Positions 52,461 to 64,000 of a stretch of 64,000 bases of DNA are shown here, piece after piece. This DNA is from Octopus sinensis. Taxonomy: Eukaryota. The notes under the pieces were generated by a model, which saw nothing but the letters and a program-made list of their open reading frames with translations, was not told where the DNA came from and searched no databases. Where the stretch lies: positions 95,356,001-95,420,000 of the forward strand of contig NC_042997.1 in NCBI RefSeq assembly GCF_006345805.1. Reading direction: 5' to 3'. The position numbers and the translations under genes are program-made. Position 1 is the stretch's first letter; each line of letters opens with the position of its first letter.

Positions 52461-53569
52461 TTGTTTTTTTTATTATTGAGAATTTCTGTGAAAACTTGTC
52501 ATTTTCTCTCCTTGAATTATATGCCACTGTCATATACTTTACTATATATGTCATGCTCTGACATATAGATAGCATAATCCTTGATTACTTGTGAAGCGTT
52601 CATTATTATCAATAGAATTTGGACAGATAACTCTTCATCACAAACAAAACCTGAATAATTTAAGTAAAATTTCTTGAATAATTCTGTTAATTGCTTACAA
52701 TCTGCAATGCTTGTGTTAATAAACACGTATTTTTTTCACTACTTATATTCTACTTGAATCCCGTAATATATAACGTATATGTTTCAACTTCTTTTCGTGT
52801 CTTGGAAAGCTTCGAGTCACATCAAATTTGCGTTGAGTGGTTCAATTGCTTACCATCAATATGTCAGACTACCTGGTAATTGCACCAAGAAGTACAGTTT
52901 TCTACTAGCTTAAAAGCTTTTGTAGGGCTCTTCATTGGGCTTTGAACCCAATAATGACAGTTCATGCATTATGTGCATATTACATTTTATTAAACTTAAC
53001 CAATATTTTTCAAGCAATGTAACATGTTGACTTGTAACTTATTGCAAAGCTTTTCATTATGAACAATTTATTTTTGCTTTCCCATTCGGGCGTCAGTGCA
53101 TTTTTTTTTTCCTGTAAAACTTCTTTCTCACTCTCTCTCTCTCTCTGTTGATTTCCAACCATCATCGATACCGCCACCACAACTGCCATGCACACACGCA
53201 CCATTCGCCACTAACATCAATACATTTGACTTCGCCGCCTTCACCTCCACCACCATCACCAATGTCTTTCACATCCCTATAGCTCATGCTATTGCTATCA
53301 CCCTATTACCAGCTCAACTGTCAATCTACTTTCGCCCTCATCGTCTCTATGCCTACTATTACTCCTACTCCAGCAAGAGGACTAGAAGTGTCATTGAATA
53401 GTGAGAGAAGGGCTCAAAGTGTGACACAGAAATTAGTTTTGGCATTTATTATTATAGATTTATAAGCTAGATTTTCTTCAAATTATTGTGCTTTCACCAT
53501 ACAAAGACTTTCGATGGATGACTATTGTACTCCTACAGTTGAAGTCTTGTGTGCGAAAGATGATGGTGG

Positions 53570-53780
53570 CTCTCGTTGACCTATTTATCTTCATTTGATT
53601 GGCAATATTTATGTTGCGTTCGTCCATCTTTCCGTTCTGACTTCAAATTCCGCCGAGGTCAACGTTATTTTCATTCTATCGGGGTCGATAAAATAAGTAT
53701 TAGTTGAGTACTAGGGCCGATGTATTCGACTTAACCCCTTGCTAAAAGTTGCCGCCTTTGTGCCAAAATTTGAAACCGAT
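53570..53780 (+). mobile_element. tRNA-derived SINE
   Basis: cgttctgacttcaaattccgccgaggtcaac...ggggtcgataaaataagta. Confidence 0.75.
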
Positions 53781-55954
53781 ACTTATATCACGTATACGTA
53801 TTCTTTTCATCGCCCCACCTTAATTTTTCATACAAATGCTAGTGCTACTGCAAAACGATGAAATATAATTTACCTATGAACAAACATTTTTGTCGGGATC
53901 AAATGAATACATTCGTATTATAGAAAGACTCTATGCAAGCGAGTTAAACAAAATGATTATTATTTTATGTACTTCAACTTGATATATCACAGTGGACCGT
54001 AGATGGTTTATAAAACAAATTTCAACAACTTTACAACAACTAAAACATTTACTCCTGCAACTGAAACTACTGCTACTACTGATGATGATGTTATCAGTAA
54101 TAATCTATAACCTACACACTAGATTTTGAGAAAAATCCAGCTGAATAAATTGCAATTATTTGACTGGTAATTATTTCATCGGAGCAAGAAAGTTCTGAAG
54201 CAGTTTATAATGATACAATTTTTCTACAATATTGATATTATGGTAGACTTGGGAGAGATTCGTAATATTTTATGTTTGTTGTTTTTGAGGAAAATATATA
54301 AAGGAAGAACATCTATTGTGTCAATTAAATATTTAAATTGAAACTAAAACACGTTGTAATTGTTTGCCAATAAACGACAAAGAAATTATCGAAACAACAT
54401 ATATATTCTTGTTATTAATGTATTTAGTTTTGAAACCCCATCCGATACTTTGTTTACTTGCTTATGACAGTACTTTCTCCTCCTCTTCCAGTACATTGTT
54501 TTGTCTACTAAATCAAAAACCTAATGACGGGTAATATTACCTGGGCCTGTTTATAATGCATTTATATATATATAACTAACAACTTAGTGAGATATTTGGC
54601 TTTTAATCCAAGCGGTAGCGGTTTGTTTTGTCATGGATTTGCTAGATATCAATGAGAAAGATACTTAATTCCAGCAATTAAAGGGAACCTAGCAGCTACT
54701 ATATTTTATTGATGAGATACAATTGGCACTTATATCGGAAACATCTGCGGTATTCATGAAAGTTACAGATGTTACACTTCTCTTGTTTAGTCTTCATGCA
54801 AAACTGAATAGTCAGGGGAAATATACTTCGGTATTTCTTTCAGAAACTATCAACATACACATGCCAAGGGATACGATTGGTATACATGCAAAGCATGTGG
54901 GACGTAATATATAGTGTGGGGTAATTCCAACCCTCATCTCTCGGTGGATATTATAACTGTTTCCTTCATCCCGTAATTAAATTCGGCCCTGTAAAATGAC
55001 ATACAATTTAGATGTCGACATATGTATAACAAATTCTCCTTAAAGATGTAGTACACTGCTTTTAATGTGCGTCATATATTATAATTACATTGTTGTAAGA
55101 TTGGAAATCATACCTAAAACTAACGATTGTTATCAATTATTATTTCCCTGTAGAGTATTTTTTATTAACGTTAAACTCAGTTTTACTAGTTAAGATACTT
55201 TACTGAAAACTCAAAAGAATGATATTAACATCGCAATGTATTTTACTTAAAGTGTGAGCAAACGAAGGCAAACAAATTATCGGACTAAGTAACATATCTT
55301 ATACTAATTAGTTGGTTAGCAATTTTTTAAAACAACAGATTGCAATTTTCAAAAAAGGAATGCAAAAAAGTTCAATTTAATATATTGAATCTGGTCTTCG
55401 TATTTAGCTTTAAACCCAAATCTCATCCTTAAAATCTACAATATAATTGTTTTAAAGTGTTAATTATTAATCCTTGAAAACACTTACAGCAATTATTTTT
55501 GTTAATGCGATAATTCGTCTTTACCTAAAACGGTAATTTGAAAGTAAATCTAAGAAAGCTTCAAAAACCAAACAAATGCTCCAACAGCTGTCTACTTTTC
55601 AAAAGATAATTGGGAGAATGGAGACATACAAGTTTCAGAAAATACTAAAGAATATCGTAATTTCCAGTCTTTAATTCTAGAAACCCAAGGTAAATTGTGG
55701 GAGTAAATATACAATGGTGCTGAATCTGAGACGTACTTGGTTGTTTTATGTTCCTTTGGTATCGAAAGTAGTGGCTACGGATACACTCTGGACAATATAC
55801 AATTCTTGATTTGTAAAAATATAAATGTCTGTAAGTAGTATATGTGTGTATATGTAATGCAAGCATGCAAATTGTGTATGTATATAATAAGAGGCCGACG
55901 TTTAGAAATAGTTACCCAAATAAAGACAGACACTATCATTAAAGGGGTGTAGAT

Positions 55955-56560
55955 AGGTGGCAAGCTGGCAGAGTCGTTAACATGCCGGGAAAAATGCTTA
56001 GCGACATTTGGTCCGTCTTTACGTTCTGAATTCAAATTTCGCTGAGGCCGACTTTACCTTTCATCCTTTCGGAGTCGATAGAATAGATACCAGTTGATCA
56101 CTGGGGGTTGAGGTAATCGTCTTAGCTGCCCCACCTCCGAAATTGCTGGCGTTGAGCCAAAGTTTGAAACCATTATTAAAGGTGTGTGGAGGGCGGCGAG
56201 CTGGCAAAAAGCCTTAGTGCTGGGGGTCGATGTAATCGACTTACCCCCGATCTAAAATTGTTAGCTTTGTGCTAAAATTTGAAATCATTATTGAATGTGT
56301 GTGATCGTGCGCGGGCTCTGTTGCATGTGCTCAACGTCTCACACACAGAGGCAGGTACATAGAAATACGTGAACACTCACTAAAATGATTATGTGTGTAA
56401 GGTGGTGAGCTGGCAGCCTCGTTAGCGTGCCGAAGTTCTGCCTTCAAATTCTGATGATGTCATTCATTCATTTGGGGGTCAAATGAGTAAGTAACTGTTC
56501 CACCCGTGGGTTGATCAAAATTAACTAAACACCTCCCACCAAATTCCAGACCGTGTATCT
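55955..56560 (+). mobile_element. Cluster of degenerate SINE copies
   Basis: gtggcaagctggcagagtcgttaacatgccgg...; gggcggcgagctggc; ggtggtgagctggcagcctcgttagcgtgccg. Confidence 0.7.
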
Positions 56561-58339
56561 ATAGGAGAATAGTGCATGTGTGTGACATGGAGAGAATCCT
56601 ATGTAATGTAAGAGTGCATGATGTAAGTGCGTGTCATGATTTAGGTAACCTTTGACAACTTAATCTCCTTCCTTGTGACCTCCGGATTACTACTGTTGGT
56701 CAATTTCAAATATTCTTCAGTTTGTGACTCCACGTTAAGCTCATCAATTTAGAATATGGCGACAAATATTTGGGATGTATTATCTAATAATGAAGAAAAT
56801 TTCCCCATTATGCTGATCAACAAAGAATTTGTCTCAAGACAAAGAATACTTGTATATTATATGTTTCTTTGTTCTAGGTTAATGGGGTGGAATCTTCTCC
56901 AGAAATAGACTAAAGTTAGCTTTAATCGTGGTCAGTATTGTGATTTTGCAATTTTGTTTTCTTATTTGAGGATGGTGTGGTGATTTGTAATGATGTATAT
57001 TCTGTTATGGACATGGAAAAAATCTGAAAATTATGACATAGAAAAAAATCTGAAAACAGACTTGAATACTACTATTAAGTTGACCTACTTGTGTTTGTGG
57101 GACCAACTTTTACATTAATTCTGTTGACTAGTTATAATTCTCAGCCATATTTCTGCATTAATATAGTATATTTATTGTACAATTTAATTACTCTGTCACA
57201 TAAAAACCATGCCTGATAGAAAACTTCTAAAAGGGGATTCAAAACCTGCGTTAAAAGCACTATAAAATTTACTTTCTATAGTCCATGGCACAGCAGAAGT
57301 TCGAATTTTGTTGACCAGCACTATTAAAACTTCTGTAAGTCAGATTAGTTTGAAATGTTCCCATGGAATAGCAGTTATGCCTAAAATATAATCTAAGATA
57401 TAATACCAATTAACTCAATAGGTTGCATCATTTTAGAGTACCGTTGTGTACTTTGTTTGAAAACGTCTGCAAATACAGAAAGAAAAATTGGCAATGAATT
57501 TTAGAGTAATAAATATCAAGTAAATTTTACCGCGTAAAAATGTTTTGTACTATTATGCCCCGTGTACTGAATTCTAGATTATGTATGCCTGTGTATGTAA
57601 GTGTACATATATGTGTATGTGTGTGCGAGCATATGCATGTGTGTTTGAACGCACATATGTGTGTGTGTGTTTCAAAATACCGATTACGGGAAACGACAAA
57701 TTCTCAGGATATATAGGTTGAAATAATCTAGAAAAGGTAAAAATGATAACGGTTTTTAAAAGCATTTAATGTTCACCAGGGAAATTATTGAGAAACATAT
57801 TATAGCATATTTACTTAGAAAATTGAAAGCACGCTACAAGGATACGATGGAGAGTGCTTAAACGAAAACGTAAAGGTTATATTTATCACAGATATTATAC
57901 ACATTTATTGGATATTCCACTTCTATCTTTCAATACGAACATGCATCCGAATCGGTCAAAGAACTGAAATTTGATCGACCGAAATTAAGGTCTCACCCTT
58001 GCTTACATGCATTTGCTTTCATAATTCCTTTTATAAAAGCAACATTCCAATTTCCGCTAGAAGCACGTCCGTCGTTTCAGTGGCCACGTATTGTTAACTA
58101 CTTTCCTTTCGATATTACACTGGAATATAATTCAGAGAAAGGAAGAGATATCTGAAAATCTTTCCCACTTTAGATTTGGAGATATCTCCAAAACTGTTTC
58201 GTCATGAATACGTGATGTTCAGCTTAAAAGTATGATGCTGTAATGCTTCATAGCATTAGGATTGTTTTGGTCACATGGTCGGAATGCCTTATACATATAT
58301 ATATATATATAGATAGATAGATATTGCAGTTATGTTGAA

Positions 58340-58870
58340 ACAGGTGATACGGGAAAGTGCAGCATTGATGACAAAACATTTGTGACGTAAATTTTAAAGC
58401 TTTAGAGAAACGACAATTTGAATTTAGCACACCAATTGGATACGATTATCATGTTTATAAGAATGGGATAGATCATATCTGAAAGCAGCCCCAGGAGTTG
58501 TGAAGAGGGAGGTGGTACGTCGTCTGTTTGTGAGAGCTATTGTATTGCACCTCTGTGTAATCTAGCGTGCTAAACGTTGTTTCAGCTTTAAGTGCTGCAG
58601 CATGCCTTTGCTGATCTTGGGAAAGTCGCATCTCCTTTCTTCCTTGAGACTCTATTTGACGTGCTACAGAATGCTTTGTTGATCTTGAGAAAGTTTCATT
58701 TCCCTTCTACCTTGAGATTACATCTGATGCGCTACAGCATGCCGTTGCTGATCTTGATAAAATCACATGTCCCTTATCTCCAGAGACTCTCAACTACGTG
58801 TTTCTGCAATCCTCTTTGCTTGATTGGTGATTCTGGAGAGATTACGTTTTTCCTTTGGTGGCGTATTTTT
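58340..58870 (-). pseudogene. Helitron Rep/helicase N-terminal fragment with three 23-aa (69-bp) STPR-like repeats and start of zinc-binding region
   Basis: Minus strand (T)PPKEKRNLSRITNQAKRIAETRS*ESLEIRDM*FYQDQQRHAVAHQM / *SQGRREMKLSQDQQ.HSVARQI / ESQGRKEMRLSQDQQRHAAALKAET ... AAFRYD...LNSNCRFSKALKF; stops and frameshifts. Confidence 0.75.
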
Positions 58871-59099
58871 TTCAATATTGTAATTAAAAAAATTATGAAC
58901 ATAGAAAAAAATATACGTTAATCTCTATTGTAAACATATTTTTGTATGCAGTGTAACTTAACCAAATATAAGCAAATTGTAAACATCTTGTAACTGTGTA
59001 ACTGTGTAACTGCTGCGCGAATTATGAACTGGTAATTGAACGGTAGATGTATATTTTTATATACCTTGGACGCGCCACCTAATTATTTTTTGTCAAGAG

Positions 59100-60035
59100 T
59101 TTCGCTTCTAATCTTTCTCCTCAAATATATATGTGTATGTGTAGATGCGTGTGTGCGTTTAATAACGTGTGCAACGAAGGCACAAACACCCACACATTCA
59201 CAGACACATACACATTAATATACAAAATGTGACGATACACACATATACACCCTAACATACAATTACATACATAGAGTAAGACAGACACATACATATATAC
59301 ATTCACGCATGACAGTCGTCACATATGTATATGTATGTGTAGATGTGCGTGTATGTTTAATAACATACGCAACGCAGAAATGCACACAGTCACAGAGACA
59401 TAGACACTCATACACTGGCGTCGTGGTGGTGGCGGTATAAAATGTACTTTACTATCTAGCACGTACCGAACGTGCTAACACACAGACACATGCACATTCA
59501 TATAAAATGTCCTGTGCTATAGATCTCTATAGAAACATTATGTCTATGAAATATTATATTGTTTTAATAGAAATAGAAAAATTACATATTGACAGTCATG
59601 GAGTGAAATAATATATAGTAAGAGAGAAACACAAAGTTGTACATTCACAGATATAAGCCGTCACACATGTATATATATGTGTAGATGTGTGTGTGTCGAA
59701 TAACTTCCCTAACATGGAAACACACACACTCGCAGACACATACACACTCATATACTCACACACATGCACTCACAGAAACATAGACACTCATATACAAAAT
59801 GTGACATTGTCGTCGAACGCGGAAACACTCACTCACAGACATATACACATTCATACACTCACACACATACACTGACAGACACATACACACTCATATACAA
59901 AGCGTGACGTTGTCGTCGTCGTCATGGTGGTATAAAATGTCCTGTACTATATTTGATTATCTCTATGAAATGTTATATTGGTTTAATCGAAATGGAAAAA
60001 CGTTACACGTTGACACTCATGGGGTGTGATACGAT
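59100..60035. repeat. Degenerate CA-rich minisatellite with a diverged ~430-bp duplication
   Basis: tataaaatgtcctgt.ctata...tctatgaaat.ttatattg.tttaat.gaaat.gaaaa at ~59500 and ~59930. Confidence 0.65.
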
Positions 60036-60072
60036 TAGCTTGTAAAATTTTATTTGATTTGGAGGAGTTCTT

Positions 60073-60143
<71 letters not shown>

Positions 60144-60439
60144 CTAACGAAATAGAAGCATATGTACGGAATTCATATTTAATGGTAAAAGCCACAATAA
60201 TTATTATAGATAAAATTATTAAATCACTCTCACACTCACATATGTACGTATGTATATATGTATGTATCTATATATGTATGTATTAATTAAGCACATGTAT
60301 TAAATGTTAATTTAAGTGTTAATATTTAACTGTAAATACCTATAAAACTTTCAACCGCTGCAATAATTATAAACTGTTCATTCAAAGGTAAATGTGTAAT
60401 TCTATATAACTTGGTCTTAGTAATATCACATTAAAATTA

Positions 60440-60740
60440 AACATGAAAAAGTAAAAGTGAGACAATATTATATTCTTATCACATAATTTATAGTGCAAAA
60501 ATAAAATTGAAACAATATTAAAGTCTTATCGCATTAGACTTAAAAGTGAAAGAATTAAAGTGAAACAATATTCACTTTTATCACGTAATACCGCCTAAAA
60601 GATTGCTCCAGGCCCGCATTAGGCAAGACGTTGAAAAAAGTTTTCGCCCATAACACTCCATGGAGCCTAAGTAATGCATGTGTAGAATTTGAATGAAATC
60701 GATTATGTAGTTCTTTTAGAGATTCACACATACGAGCTGC
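60440..60740. mobile_element. Possible Helitron-like non-autonomous fragment with short internal repeats
   Basis: Repeated aaagtgaaacaatatt motif; gtagaatttgaatgaaatcgattatg resembles the subterminal motif of 18035-18669. Confidence 0.35.
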
Positions 60741-62190
60741 AATTCTTTAAAGTACATTCTAAAATATCTACTTTATATTCAGGCATTTTGTATTCTTAAT
60801 TGTCCGATCAATGCGATTAATAGAGGGACATAATTTATAATATTTGTTCAAACCTACTGACACTAACGTAGCGTAGATGGCAGTTTATTACGTCTCTTTT
60901 CGCTCACAGTTAATTGGTATAGATTGGAATGGTTGCGGCAACATAATTAGATACTTACTCCCGATTTGTTTTTTAATTGCAGCTCTCTTTTAATGTTAAT
61001 GTCTTTAAGCTTTTTGTAAAGTGTATTCCGGTATTACACTTAATCGTATTTTAATGGCCTTTCATATATCAAGATAATTTGTGAGACAGTGTTAGCCCAT
61101 TAACATAAGGTAAATTGCTTCTGTATTTGTACACTGACCAAAATAAAGTTGAGGCAAACAGATCATTAACTGAAAGTTGTAATATTTATTATTGTTGTTG
61201 TCATCATTATTATTGTAGGAGTTAATTTGCGTGTATGCAAAATATATTTGAAAACCTATCCAAATCAAAGAGTTGGCGTGGCGCTTGGGAGCAATGCATT
61301 TTCACTTGAGGTTAGGCAAGCTCCAATAAGCAGTTGTCTAAATGTGCTTTACTTTACGATTCATTGAAGCGCTACATAGTATTCAAACCGGGCTGTAACA
61401 AACGGATAAAGCATTACGTTCATATGACAACAACTACAGGTACTTGCGTTTATGGGAGATACATGAATATCTGTAGGAACATGTGAAAATATATTTTCAC
61501 AATTTTTTGCGTGCATGTCTTTCGTCATTAAAATGTGAAATTCAATTATATGCATATGCACGTTTACACTATATGTATTTTTACAGTACAAAATACATTT
61601 TATATTTTGTGTATTGAAAATGTGTTTTTTCCGTCCTTGTTTTCGCTGCTTTCTTCCAAGGAATCTAATACTCATAGCTTAGTTTCTCCTTGAGGCTGGC
61701 CAGTTTTGAGCAATCTCGAGTATGACCAGCCAAGTATGACAATGCACACATACACATATAGATACACACACAAATACATACATATATGCACACACAGAGA
61801 AAGATAGAAAGATGTCTATTCATGCCTTTATACATCCTCAATATATGAATGTATGTGTTTGCGAGTGAGTCTTTGTATGTAAATTTCATTTTCGTATCCT
61901 TCAAGAGAGAATCCATTGTTTCACGACACTCAAAACTGAATGCCTATATTTCTCTGTAGTATCCCGCCACGACGCTGTGCTTGTAGACACTTGTGTCTCG
62001 CACACCCCATATAGAAAGCCTAAACTTCCGACATCTGTTACTTGACTTAGAAAACTTCAAAGACAGCTGCAATAAGTGTGTGAATCTGCGATGGGAATAT
62101 GTTAAATAAACTCATAATTAACTAATCCGTCTGTGCGTTTTTTAGGCATAGCCACGAACTTTTCAGCTACATCTCGTATGTTTATATACG

Positions 62191-62246
<56 letters not shown>

Positions 62247-62263
62247 CGTCACCGTCACCGACC

Positions 62264-62360
62264 AGGCTATCAGATGTTGCTACACATCGCTGGTCACAAT
62301 GCGCTTCGCATTGTTTTAGCCTTCAAAGGTCGCCACTCCGCTGGCTAAGCGAGCAGGCCA
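62264..62360 (+). mobile_element. SINE-like repeat fragment
   Basis: caccgaccaggctatcagatgttgctacacatcgctggtcacaatgcgcttcgc, recognised from memory as an abundant octopus repeat; flanked by TA tracts. Confidence 0.55.
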
Positions 62361-62409
62361 TGTATATATATATATGTGTGTGTGTATGTATATATATGTG
62401 TATATATAT

Positions 62410-62476
<67 letters not shown>

Positions 62477-63321
62477 GTGTATGTGTGTGTGTGTGTGGAT
62501 ATACGTGTGGGTGAATTTTTTTCTACACCTATGTAACTCCAATTAATAATGCAACATACGTAATCGGGAATAGATAAGACGGGATATTTTTCTGTCCTCT
62601 TCTGATATGTAATTACTCTATGAATAATTTTTTCCTTCTAACTTACAGTATTTTCCAGTATTTACAACTCTTACATAAAATGTAGCATCTCAAAACACAC
62701 TTTGAAGGACCTGAATATTGCCATGTGTTTCATGAGGACACAGCTGTTGTTATAATGCTAACAACAAACAATAAACATACATACATACACACATATATAC
62801 CAAACAGACCTGGTACAAATTATTTGGATTAACACCTACAAAATGTTTCTGAACAGATCTCTGAAAATTCTTAAGTGGGCACTATCATCCTAAATTTATA
62901 TCTAATTATCACCAACTTCAATTGGCCTGAAGGACGCAGTTATGTGAAACGTACGCCAAAATCACCTCAGATTACAACTGTTTATCGAACAAGTTTCCCG
63001 AAATGTCTATAGATTATTGAATAGAGTGTGTAGCATAAATATAAAGCAACAAAATCCGCACAATCATATGAACGACGATAACTGCCTTAATTAAGCAAGA
63101 TTATATTTAACATTATAATCTTCACATTTCGGTACAGCATTGCACATGAAAAAGTCCTACATTCCTTCGCCCAATTCATTATCTCCAACATGAAATTCTC
63201 TGTCATCGATAAATACTTTTCCTCTTTCAAATTCCACTCACTTTCTTTCTAATTCTGCACGCTCCTATACATACAAAAGACACACACACACACACGCATA
63301 TATATGTATATATATATATAT

Positions 63322-63364
<43 letters not shown>

Positions 63365-64000
63365 GGGAAATAGAGAGATATACACATCTATCTATGTCTG
63401 TATCTATCACTTTGTCTATCCGCATATATTCGCACACATGCACGTACATGCACGTATACATCTACAAAGAAGTATAAGTATACACATATGTATATGTGTT
63501 TATATGTGTGTGTGTAAGTGTGTTTCTTTGTATACATATGGCTGGCTGGGTATGTATAAATACAGGTATATATAATTACATATATGCATCATGTATGCAT
63601 ACATGCATAATTAAAATATGCCTGGATGAAACAGATTTGAATTTAGCTGACATCATTAATATTTTATGCTCGTATGTTAACTAGCTTATATTGTATCTGC
63701 TATGAGAAATAACCATTAAAATAATGTTTGAATGTTCCACGTTTTATGGAGCTTCTTTAATTCCCTTTTGGTATACAGCAGTATTGAAATATTACTAACA
63801 TAAATTTTACTAGCAAACATAAATTTCAACGGTTCAAACGTTAAGTTTCCAAATTTGATCAGCTGATAATCAATTGTTCAGATATAACGTTTCTAGATAT
63901 TGATTGTTGTAAGCACATAGACGCGCACGCTCGTAAACACACAGAAATACGCGAATGAGCATGGCCTATTTATCCGGGTGTTGTACTCACGAACGCGAGA

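Noticed and set aside
62922-62959. Hammerhead-like TTGGC-CTGAAGG...GAAACGTA-C-GCCAA
   Set aside because: A9 is missing, stem II is only 3 weak pairs and stem I is out of register; at best a very decayed relic

Overview
Eukaryotic, very AT-rich, microsatellite-dense genomic DNA, largely intergenic or intronic. The recurring tRNA-SINE families and LINE remnants look like those of an octopod cephalopod (recognition from memory, not a database search). Most ORF-track entries are translations of microsatellites. Recognisable content: many SINEs, decayed Tx1/L1-, CR1/L2-, R4/Dong- and RTE-like LINE fragments, two mariner remnants, a complete non-autonomous Helitron, and a Helitron Rep N-terminal pseudogene with 23-aa repeats. 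There is one good candidate host gene, a 157-aa single-pass membrane protein at 49437-49910. The most striking object is a ~4 kb fold-back element at 22201-26180. It has ~1.3 kb inverted arms, each carrying a minimal type I hammerhead ribozyme near its outer end, and extreme strand skew. It also holds an internal inverted copy with strongly directional A>G (plus C>T) hypermutation, as expected if an ADAR-edited double-stranded RNA was reverse-transcribed back into the genome. Two further hammerhead-like small elements lie at ~26.3-26.9 kb and ~41.4 kb. No rRNA, intact tRNA or CRISPR array was seen.
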